In this document: in pieces, positions 52,323-60,995 of the stretch
Numbering within the stretch: position 1 is the first letter of the stretch
Layout of the letters: each line of letters opens with the position of its first letter
Assembly: GCA_016786465.1 (NCBI GenBank)
Contig: JAEUWC010000019.1
Span: 25,905-89,904 of the forward strand
Direction of reading: 5' to 3'
Origin: Bdellovibrionales bacterium
GTDB taxonomy: Bacteria > Bdellovibrionota > UBA1018
Length of the DNA stretch: 64,000 nucleotides
The notes under the pieces: model-generated
The model's input: only the letters and a program-made list of their open reading frames with translations
Database searches by the model: none
What the model was told of the DNA's origin: nothing
Position numbers and translations under genes: made by a program

Positions 52323-54087
52323 ACGTTTGCGAATAGTCCCCTAGCCTGACTCGCATCCAGCGTTGTCCGGTCTTTGAATATTCTTCAGGGCTTGTGAAAT
52401 GGTAGCGGTAGCGGCTGGCTCGAACCATTCGGGGTGGCGCGGTTCCGAAAGGGTGGCGAATTCCCAATTTTTCTACGTTTGGACTTCCCTGCAGAATCTG
52501 GCGAATCAGTTCCTTCAACCAAGGCTGCTGTTCAAACTGACCTAAGGCTGCAAACCACATTTGCCAATCTAGTCTGGGTTGGTATGGGGTCACCCATCCA
52601 AAATTTTCTAAGACAGAATCCAAACGGCCTGGCTTGAAAGAAAAGCTGATTTCCTTCCAGACCTTTCCGTCTTCGCTGCCTTCCAAGATGATTTCGTCGC
52701 GGTTTCGGGTCATGACCGCAAAAAGACCAAAAGAATTTCCGATCCAAAAGTGGGTCCCCAAACGAGTCAGAAACGGAACCGTGCTTCCGGTTAAAGTCGA
52801 TAAGCCTAGAACGACGGTGATCCAGGCGGCGACCTTCGCTGTGCGATTTGAAATTCGATTTTCAGGAAGGCGTGCTTGGATTGCCTTTTGCGCGTCAAGC
52901 TTGAACATCTTTTCCAAAATCGTGTCATCCAACAAAAGCAGGCAAAGCAGCAAGGTCAGAAGATTGAAATACCCATAGCTTCCGGTGGCTAGAATCAAGA
53001 CTTGAAGACCACCGTGAATCCAAAAACCGAATACGCGAAACCGTCTAGGCATCAGTATCAAGAACGCCAAGGCCGTTTCCAAAATCAAAGTCATCGCTGT
53101 TGCGAATTGGTGGAAAAAAAGTGGAAGTTGGTAGATCCACCACGCTACGGGTGATGGCAGGGGTTGAGTTTCCCAATGAAATTTCAGCGCTTCCAGCGAC
53201 GTCCATGCCAAATCCCCGCTACCCATTTTGGAAAGCCCTGATCCCAGCATCAGACGAAAAAGAAGGAAACGAAGTGCGAATAAAACGGTTTCTGATCGCG
53301 TTTGAACGAAGAACGCAGAAAGAAAAAGGGTTTCCAAAAGAAGCGATTCCCACTGGTAGCCGGTAAACACCTGCCCCATATTGGTCAGGCTTAAGTAAAG
53401 AAAATAAACCGCCCAAATACACGGCGTCGCAAAACGTCTTTGAAAAATAGAAAGGCCCGCTAAAGCAGCAGCAAGGATCCCCTGCCCGACAATCCAGGCC
53501 GATCCAGTCGAAATCCAAGCGAAGGTCGGAAAATCCAAAATCAGACTGACCAACGAATCCATCGATCGCATCCCGCCTAAGCGATCCAGGCTGGGCTTCA
53601 GTGGCAGTATCCCTAAGTCACCGATCAAAGCTGGAAGTTGCAAGGCCAGTGTCAGTGCGGAAAAACCGGCAAGCCCCATCAGTCCGTAGGAAAAAACGCG
53701 GGCCACCCGCGAATACCTTGGCAGGCTGAGGTCGTTTCCGATCAGAATCCAGGCAACCCAAGAAAAGAACTTTCTGTTTTCGGAAACCTTTCGATAGGCC
53801 CACTCGGATACCGCTCGAAAAAATGGAAATCGGCGGTAGGCCCATAAGGGAAAACGGTATCGGGGTTGGGTCGCAAGTGCGCTGAAAACGGCTTCTGCCG
53901 CGCGGGCTAGAATCCGCCCCTGGGCATCCGTGAAATGGACGGCATTCTCGAAGTCGCCCCGTTGCCCCTTCCAGGACTGATACGGCATATACGCGACTTG
54001 ATCCCCGGTCATGTCCCTGAGCCTGACCACGCAGCTTCGACAAAAGCCGCAATCGCCATCAAAGATGAGCGTACCCAAACTTGCCAT
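52312..54087 (-). CDS. Fusion of a DCC-family (DUF393) thiol-disulfide oxidoreductase with a lipase-maturation-factor (LMF1/HTTM-like) polytopic membrane domain
   Basis: The N-terminus LIFDGDCGFCRSCV matches the DCC 'DG.C..C' motif. The membrane domain carries LMF hallmarks: YQWESLLLETLFLS, LKFHWETQPLPSP, GSYGYFNLLTLLLCLLLLDD. Start placed at the internal Met (MASLGTLIF) to avoid a 38-nt overlap with the divergent amidase gene. Confidence 0.6.
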   Translation of the reverse strand: MASLGTLIFDGDCGFCRSCVVRLRDMTGDQVAYMPYQSWKGQRGDFENAVHFTDAQGRILARAAEAVFSALATQPRYRFPLWAYRRFPFFRAVSEWAYRKVSENRKFFSWVAWILIGNDLSLPRYSRVARVFSYGLMGLAGFSALTLALQLPALIGDLGILPLKPSLDRLGGMRSMDSLVSLILDFPTFAWISTGSAWIVGQGILAAALAGLSIFQRRFATPCIWAVYFLYLSLTNMGQVFTGYQWESLLLETLFLSAFFVQTRSETVLFALRFLLFRLMLGSGLSKMGSGDLAWTSLEALKFHWETQPLPSPVAWWIYQLPLFFHQFATAMTLILETALAFLILMPRRFRVFGFWIHGGLQVLILATGSYGYFNLLTLLLCLLLLDDTILEKMFKLDAQKAIQARLPENRISNRTAKVAAWITVVLGLSTLTGSTVPFLTRLGTHFWIGNSFGLFAVMTRNRDEIILEGSEDGKVWKEISFSFKPGRLDSVLENFGWVTPYQPRLDWQMWFAALGQFEQQPWLKELIRQILQGSPNVEKLGIRHPFGTAPPRMVRASRYRYHFTSPEEYSKTGQRWMRVRLGDYSQTFTL

Positions 54088-54127
54088 ATGACTTGAGTGT
54101 ACACGTATGCTAGCCAGCTGCGCAGGC

Positions 54128-55630
54128 ATGAAGTTCTGCGTCAAAAAGATTATTCTATTATTACTGGTACTTGGAGGAATGGAATGGGGGTCCCTTCAAG
54201 CGGTTTTTGCCAACGAAGACCCCATTGACCTGCCTGACTTGCCCTCTTCCTCTTCTTCTTCTTCTTCAGATCTGGTCATTTTTGAATCGGCTCAATACCA
54301 AAGTGCCGTTGCGTCCACACTTCGATCAGATTCTGAAATCTTTGCCTTGATCGATTCCGCGTTTCGTCGATTGGGAATGCCCATTCCAAGTCCGGCAAAA
54401 GCCACCGACGTTTCCCCCTTCTTGGGTTCGCCTAGTGCGACGGAACTGAAAACGGTACTTCCCGTTTTTCTTTTAGGAAACGCATTTCGAAATCAGCGTT
54501 TTGTCGCTTGGGATCAGGCATGGGTTCAAAGTTATTCTGATGGAATGGGGCGAACGGCCGAATACGACTTTCCGATCAACACTTCGGCGGATCCCACTTT
54601 TGCCCGCGAATCCAGAATCGCATCGCTGGTCGCTTCGCGTCCTTTGACGCTTCCGTTGGCAGGTTTTCGAATTGCGATCGATCCCGGGCATATGGGGGGC
54701 GATTCTTGGGACAAGATCACCGGAAAGTTCATCAAGGATGCGGCAACCGGTGTGAAACTGAGCGAAGGAGTCATGGCGCTTCAGACTTCCCTTCTTTTGC
54801 AAAAGGAATTTGAAGCATTGGGCGCAACTGTTCAGCTGACCCACGACCAGTTTGATGCCGTAACCCCCGTGAAGCTTGAGCACTTAGACTTGAAAGAATA
54901 CGGGTTCAAGGAACTTCGAAATTCGCAGGCCGATTCGTGGATTGGGGCATTGGCGCAAAAGGCGGGAAGCGAAAAAGAATTGGCCGACCTGATTTCAAAA
55001 TCGGCTCAGTACAAAAGATTCTTTTCTGAAATCATGCGGGGCACCTATCACACTCAGCGCCTGGACCTTCACGCTAGAAACGAAAAGATTCTGGCATTCG
55101 TTCCGGACCTAACCTTGGTCATTCATTATGACGTCGCGGTGACGGCAGCTAACCCCAATGGTCCCAATCGCAAAGGCAAACAAGGTGTAAAGGCCTACAT
55201 TCCCGGCGCCTTTTCTGAATCAGAAATTTCCACACCTGAACGTCGCGCACATTTTCTTCAGGCGCTTTCTAGAACTTCGTACTTTTCTGAAAATTTAAGG
55301 TTCGCAAAGCACCTGACGACTTCCATCGCGTCGAAATTGAAAATCCCTTTTGACTTGGCGACTACGGGGCTTGCGACTTCGCATGGGTCGGGCGTTCAGT
55401 CACGCAACCTGACTTTGACCCATCATATGTCACAGACGGTCGGTGCTTTTTTGGAATGCGCCTATTACAACACGACGGATTTTGATCGCTTTGCCAAGGC
55501 GGACTATACGCTTTCAATTGGCGGTAGGAAGACGACCTATTCCAAGCGCCTAGTTGAAGTCGTTCAGGCGATTCGCGACGGCGTGTTGAATTACGTTGGA
55601 TCTTTTTCGGGACCTAGTTTAGTCAAATAG
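54128..55630 (+). CDS. Secreted N-acetylmuramoyl-L-alanine amidase-like (Amidase_3) protein with a poly-Ser tract
   Basis: Signal peptide MKFCVKKIILLLLVLGG. IAIDPGHMGGDSW...EGVMALQTSLLLQKEFEALGATVQLTHD resembles the Amidase_3 Zn-binding start (IDAGHGG...E...G..V.LTR). Eight consecutive Ser. Confidence 0.5.
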   Translation: MKFCVKKIILLLLVLGGMEWGSLQAVFANEDPIDLPDLPSSSSSSSSDLVIFESAQYQSAVASTLRSDSEIFALIDSAFRRLGMPIPSPAKATDVSPFLGSPSATELKTVLPVFLLGNAFRNQRFVAWDQAWVQSYSDGMGRTAEYDFPINTSADPTFARESRIASLVASRPLTLPLAGFRIAIDPGHMGGDSWDKITGKFIKDAATGVKLSEGVMALQTSLLLQKEFEALGATVQLTHDQFDAVTPVKLEHLDLKEYGFKELRNSQADSWIGALAQKAGSEKELADLISKSAQYKRFFSEIMRGTYHTQRLDLHARNEKILAFVPDLTLVIHYDVAVTAANPNGPNRKGKQGVKAYIPGAFSESEISTPERRAHFLQALSRTSYFSENLRFAKHLTTSIASKLKIPFDLATTGLATSHGSGVQSRNLTLTHHMSQTVGAFLECAYYNTTDFDRFAKADYTLSIGGRKTTYSKRLVEVVQAIRDGVLNYVGSFSGPSLVK

Positions 55631-55631
55631 G

Positions 55632-56153
55632 ATGCAACTGATTCTGCTGGTATTGGCCGCCCTTTGGGCACCTGACTGCGTCCACGCTGAAGAATCCGGA
55701 CTAACCCGAAAAAGCCCGGACTGGATGGTTCGCTACGGCGTAGTTTCAGACGAAGACAAACTATCGGCTTGGCCAGGAACAAAGCTTTTTTCGGTGACCC
55801 GTCGAAGCGATTACAAGTGGCAAGCTTGGCAGGTTGAATTGGGCGGTATTTTTGAAAACCGGGCTGGAATGAAGGGCCAGGGCTTTATCAGCTTTGCCGC
55901 AGGGATTGAAACCCAGACCCTTCCCTTGCGTTTTTTCTATCTTCCGGGCGTAGCGCTGGTTTCGGCAACCGACCCCAAACTTTCTAGCTTTTGGCAGTTT
56001 AGCCATGATCTGGGCTTTTTCTGGCGCGACCATCGCGGAATTGCCATCGGAATGCAGTACCGCCACTTCAGCAATGCGGGACTTCACCTACCCAACGGTG
56101 GGAAGAACTTTTTGCAGCTTAGTCTTTCCGTTCCTGCTTCTGAACTTTTTTGA
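55632..56153 (+). CDS. pagL: PagL-like lipid A 3-O-deacylase (small 8-strand outer-membrane β-barrel)
   Basis: 173 aa with signal peptide. The conserved catalytic block HFSNAGL (His...Ser of the PagL HxSNG motif) lies near the C-terminus. Ends in a β-barrel strand. Confidence 0.55.
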   Translation: MQLILLVLAALWAPDCVHAEESGLTRKSPDWMVRYGVVSDEDKLSAWPGTKLFSVTRRSDYKWQAWQVELGGIFENRAGMKGQGFISFAAGIETQTLPLRFFYLPGVALVSATDPKLSSFWQFSHDLGFFWRDHRGIAIGMQYRHFSNAGLHLPNGGKNFLQLSLSVPASELF

Positions 56154-56964
56154 TTTCGTTCATCAAGCTTCGGATTCTTGAAGGATCCAAGGGTGCCCCA
56201 GCGCGGCCGTTTCTTCGAAGCGTTGATCCCACGATCAGTCCGTCAGAATTTTCTACCATCCACGGTAGGGTTTCGATCGTCGTCCCGCTTCCAATCCAAA
56301 GTGGAATTTCGTGCTTAGATGCCGCTTCATAGGCCTTCTTCAAAAAACCCCGTTCCATCGCCCGTCCCGTGGTGGGTCCGGTGACGATGACTCCGTCGGC
56401 ATGCGCACGAAGCCCTACTTCTTCAACCGCAAGATCCACTTCTGTGACTGAAAGGGTGCGCGCGTGCTTGACCAAAATGTCGGCTAAAATTCGGACATCG
56501 GGACAAAATTGATTTCGGTATCGAATCCATTCCGCGGCGCGACCCTGAATCATTCCCTGGTCCGTGGCCGCAACACCCGAAAGGACGTTGACACGAATGA
56601 AACTTGCACCGCTGGTCGCTGCAATTGCCAAGGCAGATCGGCAATCATTTCTAAGGACGTTGATCCCAACTGGAATTTTTACGGCGCGAACGACTTCGCG
56701 CGCGATCTGCGCCATCGATGCCACGGTTTCAGCAGGAACCGTTTCAGGAAAAAACGGAGCGTCACCAAAATTTTCAAGGATCAGTCCCGAAAAGCCGGCG
56801 GCTTCCAGGGTCTTGGCTTCAGTGGTGGCGGTTTTGACGATGGAATCCAAAAGTCGGTTGGCGTTTTTGCCTGTCGCCCCCGGTGACCCCGGAAGCGCCG
56901 CTAAGTGAATCACACAGATCCATCGGGGTAACTTTTTCACTTTTTGCCCCGGATGCGGTCCCAA
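56119..56964 (-). CDS. BtpA/SgcQ-family TIM-barrel protein
   Basis: N-terminal ...PRWICVIHLAALPGSPGATG matches the BtpA conserved start. About 280 aa. Confidence 0.55.
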   Translation of the reverse strand: MGPHPGQKVKKLPRWICVIHLAALPGSPGATGKNANRLLDSIVKTATTEAKTLEAAGFSGLILENFGDAPFFPETVPAETVASMAQIAREVVRAVKIPVGINVLRNDCRSALAIAATSGASFIRVNVLSGVAATDQGMIQGRAAEWIRYRNQFCPDVRILADILVKHARTLSVTEVDLAVEEVGLRAHADGVIVTGPTTGRAMERGFLKKAYEAASKHEIPLWIGSGTTIETLPWMVENSDGLIVGSTLRRNGRAGAPLDPSRIRSLMNEIKKVQKQERKD

Positions 56965-57473
56965 AACCCCGGAGCCGCTTTCTTTGCGTCGCTTCCCAAG
57001 ACTTGAGCTGCTTCTTCGGCGCTGATTTTTCCTGCGGCCAGTGCTTCTTGAACGATTTTCTTAGCTTCGGCTTCATCGAGGTCGCCAGAAGTCGCCGTTG
57101 TCGCAGACGCGCCAACACCTTGGGAAGCCATAAATCCGGCTGCCATCTGCTTCAATTCCGGGGGCAGGAATCTTTCAAATTCCTGGGCTTCACGAGAAAC
57201 GTCTTTTCCAGCCATTGCCTTTTGCATCAGCGACTGAAGCTTTTGAAGCTGACCGCGCGGAAGGCGCTGCAGTGCGCCCATCATTTGGGTCATCATCGCC
57301 GGGTCCATCTTCGAGGGGTCAAAGCCACCCGCTGGTACGCCTGGAATACTGGAATTTGAAGTCTGGGCCGCAGCTGCCGGAGTCGTCAAAACAGGAGGAG
57401 CATCAATTCCGTGGCAACGTTTGTACTTTTTTCCGCTGCCGCAATGGCAGGGTTCGTTTCTTTTTAGTTCCAT
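56937..57473 (-). CDS. SEC-C metal-binding-motif protein (N-terminal CHCGSGKKYKRCHG)
   Basis: The Cys-x-Cys...Cys-His zinc knuckle is identical in pattern to the SecA C-terminal / YecA SEC-C motif. The rest is Ala/Gln/Met-rich. Overlaps the BtpA start by 28 nt. Confidence 0.55.
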   Translation of the reverse strand: MELKRNEPCHCGSGKKYKRCHGIDAPPVLTTPAAAAQTSNSSIPGVPAGGFDPSKMDPAMMTQMMGALQRLPRGQLQKLQSLMQKAMAGKDVSREAQEFERFLPPELKQMAAGFMASQGVGASATTATSGDLDEAEAKKIVQEALAAGKISAEEAAQVLGSDAKKAAPGFWDRIRGKK

Positions 57474-57517
57474 AGGTCAGTTCCATAGCGTTACCCTAGG
57501 AAAAAAGGAACCGCAAC

Positions 57518-58909
57518 GTGAACGCCAAATCCAAGAAATCGGACAACACTTCCCTTTTTTCAAGTCTTGCATCCAGTTGTTCGATGACCACCCAAGAACT
57601 GACGAAATGGTCCCTGGGTTTTTTCTTGGTCGCGCAGTTTTTATTCCTGCTTTTCATTCAGTTTCCGACCAAGCAAAGCTTTGACGAATTTCATTACGTT
57701 CCATCTGCAAAGCAGTTCTTAGAGCTTCGTGAAAATCAAAATTGGGAACACCCCCCGCTTGCCAAGGAATTGATGGCCATTGGGATTGGTCTTTTCGGGG
57801 ACCGTCCCATCGGCTGGCGCTTCATGAGCACTTTGTTTGGTTCTTTGACCTTAGTCGGGATGTTTTTCTGGGCGCTTGCGCTTTTTCGGGATTCAAAGAT
57901 CGCGATTTGGACGACTTTTCTGACGTTGGTGAACCAGCTTTTATATGTGCAGGCCCGTATCGGAATGTTGGACACCTTCATGGTTGCGTTCTTGGTTTGG
58001 GGATTGGCTGCATTTACTTTTTTGTTTTCCTCAAAGTTTTCGTTTTCCGCACTTCATCGAAGACGAATTTCGGTGTTCATGGGGGCCTGCTTTGGGTTTG
58101 CGACCGCGTGCAAATGGTTTGCAGTGGTCCCATGGGTTTTCTGCATCGGACTTTTGGCGTTGGTCTTGCTTTTTGATTCGTGGGGCCTTCAGTTTTCTAA
58201 AAATGTCGCCGGATCCAATGAAGACTTTCATGAAGAAATGTACAGCCCGGGACTTTTTTCAGATTTTAGTTTTCGCCAGCTGATTTGGGCCTTTGTCGCG
58301 GTTCCGGTTTTGGCTTATTTCGTAACTTTTATTCCTTTTTTCTTTGTCGAACATTCACCGCCTTATGGCTTTTTGGACATTCTGGAAATGCAGCCCAAGA
58401 TGTTTGATGGGCAGCTTCGTGTGGTGAATTCGCATCCCTACATGTCGGATTGGAAAAGTTGGCCCTGGATGACTCGTCCGATTTGGTACGCGTTTGATAA
58501 GGAACTGGATCCTCAATATGTGCGCGGAGTGATCTTGCTAGGGAATCCGATTTTGATGTGGGGCGGACTTTTGGCCATGTTGGGTACCGCGATTTCGTGG
58601 CTAAAGACACGTTCACGAGATTCGTTCCTGATCCTGAGTTTTTACCTGGTTTTTGTTTTTTGCTGGGCCGTGATTCCGCGTAAAGTTGCCTTTTATTATT
58701 ACTACTACCCGGCTGGGATGATTTTGACTTTCGCGTTTGGACACCTGGCCCAACGGTATGAACACAAGATTTCAAAGGGCCAAGCCATCCGCTGGGCGAT
58801 CGCGGGATCGTGTCTAGGTTTGTTTATTTACTTCTTCCCTGTTTTGTCAGGGATCAAGATTCAGTCTGAAACCTTCAGGCGCTGGATGTGGCTTCAGTCT
58901 TGGATCTAA
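57518..58909 (+). CDS. GT39 (PMT-family) polyprenyl-phosphate-mannose:protein O-mannosyltransferase homologue
   Basis: Loop-1 catalytic motif FDEFHYV (the DE motif), the PMT signature HPPLAKELMAIGIGLFGD (cf. HPPLGK), and 10 or more TM helices. Confidence 0.6.
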   Translation: MNAKSKKSDNTSLFSSLASSCSMTTQELTKWSLGFFLVAQFLFLLFIQFPTKQSFDEFHYVPSAKQFLELRENQNWEHPPLAKELMAIGIGLFGDRPIGWRFMSTLFGSLTLVGMFFWALALFRDSKIAIWTTFLTLVNQLLYVQARIGMLDTFMVAFLVWGLAAFTFLFSSKFSFSALHRRRISVFMGACFGFATACKWFAVVPWVFCIGLLALVLLFDSWGLQFSKNVAGSNEDFHEEMYSPGLFSDFSFRQLIWAFVAVPVLAYFVTFIPFFFVEHSPPYGFLDILEMQPKMFDGQLRVVNSHPYMSDWKSWPWMTRPIWYAFDKELDPQYVRGVILLGNPILMWGGLLAMLGTAISWLKTRSRDSFLILSFYLVFVFCWAVIPRKVAFYYYYYPAGMILTFAFGHLAQRYEHKISKGQAIRWAIAGSCLGLFIYFFPVLSGIKIQSETFRRWMWLQSWI

Positions 58910-59738
58910 GGGGAAAATAGACCCGAAAGGCGTATTTGCTTTTTAGGCCCAGGCGCTTCTGAATTTCCTGTTCTGAAATGCCATCGCTCATCCAATCCAG
59001 AATCACAGCTTGGCGAAAGGTTCGCGAATCAAAGCCCGGAAGAATCGCAGGTTCCAATTGGCGAAATAGAAGTTCGACTGCGCGCGCAGTCAACGGGATC
59101 TGGGTAAAGCGGCTTTTCCCATAGGAAAGAAAACAATGGCTTGCGGAAGTGTAGAATTTTTTCAGCCCCTGCACTTCTGAAAAAAGACGATCCGAGATCG
59201 CCACCGTGCGCTCTCTTTTCCCCAAAAAGCGAACTGACCCCTTTTTGAAATCTTCGAATCGAAGTTGAACCAATTCACTGACCAAGCATCCCGTTTCGGC
59301 CAGGGTTCGTAAAAGCGCTCGATTGCGCCCATGAATGGGTTCGTCGTCGGGCAATGCATCGATTTTCTGCAAAAGTTCGGATCTAGAAATTCGCTTCGGG
59401 ACCCTTTCCAACTTTCCGGGGGCCGGGATCTGATCTGCTAAATCAAACCCGATCTTGCCTCGGGACTTGAGATACCGCAGCCATTTGCGCAGCGTTAAAA
59501 CACGCCGGCGGCGGGTGTTGGTCTTTAGGCCCTGTGCTTTTAGATAATCCGAGTACTGGAGCACGTCTTCAGGCAGGATCTGGGTCATCAAAATCCGTTT
59601 TGGAGTCAGTGCGTCGATGTAGTTTTGGAATGCTTGCAAGTCGATCCCGTAGTTTCGGATCGTGTGGGACGACTTTCCGGTCCCTTCCAGGTAGCCCATG
59701 AAGCTTTTGATGAAATACTGAATCGATTCTGAGTTCAT
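58875..59738 (-). CDS. Tyrosine-recombinase (XerC/D-like) homologue with substituted catalytic residues
   Basis: The N-terminal SAM-like core-binding domain (...SHTIRNYGIDLQAFQNY...) and the catalytic-domain scaffold are present. The catalytic residues are substituted (see findings). Confidence 0.55.
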   Translation of the reverse strand: MNSESIQYFIKSFMGYLEGTGKSSHTIRNYGIDLQAFQNYIDALTPKRILMTQILPEDVLQYSDYLKAQGLKTNTRRRRVLTLRKWLRYLKSRGKIGFDLADQIPAPGKLERVPKRISRSELLQKIDALPDDEPIHGRNRALLRTLAETGCLVSELVQLRFEDFKKGSVRFLGKRERTVAISDRLFSEVQGLKKFYTSASHCFLSYGKSRFTQIPLTARAVELLFRQLEPAILPGFDSRTFRQAVILDWMSDGISEQEIQKRLGLKSKYAFRVYFPLRSKTEATSSA

Positions 59739-59816
59739 AGTGGAATCAGGGACTTAATTGACTTAGCCCGACCTTAGAATCATACTGTTCGCCTACTTAA
59801 ACATAAAGGAACTTTC

Positions 59817-60995
59817 ATGATTTCTCGTCATCCATTTTCTGTAGTTCTTGTAGCCTTGTCGGTTGTGCTTTTAGCCCCGGCTTGTAAAAAATCTCAGACC
59901 GCAGATTCGGCTGCTTCAGGCGCCACCGTCAGCGGAAACGTCATCAAGATCGGCGAAGTCGGATCGATGACCGGTTCTGAAGCCACCTTCGGAATTTCGA
60001 CTCATAACGGAATCATGTTGGCTGTGAAGCAATTGAACGCCGCAGGCGGAATCGCCGGAAAGAAAGTTGAAGTCGTATCGTTGGACGATCAAGGCAAGCC
60101 CGAAGAAGCCGCAGTGGCGATGAACAAGTTGATCAACCAAGACAAAGTCATTGCGATCTTGGGTGAAGTCGCTAGTTCAAGAAGCTTGGCGATGGCTCCG
60201 ATTGCACAGACGCACAAGATTCCGATGATTTCGCCATCCAGCACGAATCCAAAAGTTACGGAACAAGGCGACTACATTTTCCGTGTCTGCTTCATCGATC
60301 CTTTTCAAGGAACGGTGATGGCGAAGTTTGCATGGGAAAGTTTGAAAGCGAAAAAGGTCGCGATTCTTCGCGACGTGAAAAACGATTACAGCGTTGGTTT
60401 GGCCGACTATTTCGCGGAAACCTTCAAAAAACTGGGCGGAGAAATCGTCATCGACCAAAGCTACAGCGCGGGCGACATGGATTTCAAATCGCAGCTGACG
60501 GCGATTCGTTCGAAGAATCCAGAAGCCATTTTCGTTCCTGGCTATTACACGGAAGTGGGTTTGATTTCGATTCAAGCTAAAGGATTGGGCCTTACAGCAC
60601 CTTTGCTAGGTGGTGACGGCTGGGATTCGCCTAAGCTGACGGAAATCGGTGGCGATTCGATCAACGGATCGTATTTCGCCAATCACTATTCGACCGAAGA
60701 CAATTCTCCTGAAGTTCAGAAGTTCATTAAAGAATACAAAGAAATGTTCGGTGTAGTTCCGGACGGTCTTGCGGCCATGGGATACGACGCTGCGTTGGTA
60801 TTGTTCGATGCCATGAAGCGTTCGCCCCAGCTGACGACCCCACAGATTCGCGACGCGATTGCAGCGACTCAGAAATTCAAGGCGGTCACCGGATTGATTT
60901 CGATGGATGCGAAACGCAATCCCGTGAAATCGGCCGTGGTTCTGAAGATCGAAAAGAAGTCCTTTAAATATCAGACGACGATCAACCCGACATGA
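59817..60995 (+). CDS. Branched-chain amino-acid ABC transporter periplasmic substrate-binding protein (LivJ/K family)
   Basis: Signal peptide/lipobox LLAPACKK. Type-I periplasmic binding fold with ...IKIGEVGSMTGSEATFG...GGIAGKKVEVVSLDDQGKPEEA... Confidence 0.8.
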   Translation: MISRHPFSVVLVALSVVLLAPACKKSQTADSAASGATVSGNVIKIGEVGSMTGSEATFGISTHNGIMLAVKQLNAAGGIAGKKVEVVSLDDQGKPEEAAVAMNKLINQDKVIAILGEVASSRSLAMAPIAQTHKIPMISPSSTNPKVTEQGDYIFRVCFIDPFQGTVMAKFAWESLKAKKVAILRDVKNDYSVGLADYFAETFKKLGGEIVIDQSYSAGDMDFKSQLTAIRSKNPEAIFVPGYYTEVGLISIQAKGLGLTAPLLGGDGWDSPKLTEIGGDSINGSYFANHYSTEDNSPEVQKFIKEYKEMFGVVPDGLAAMGYDAALVLFDAMKRSPQLTTPQIRDAIAATQKFKAVTGLISMDAKRNPVKSAVVLKIEKKSFKYQTTINPT

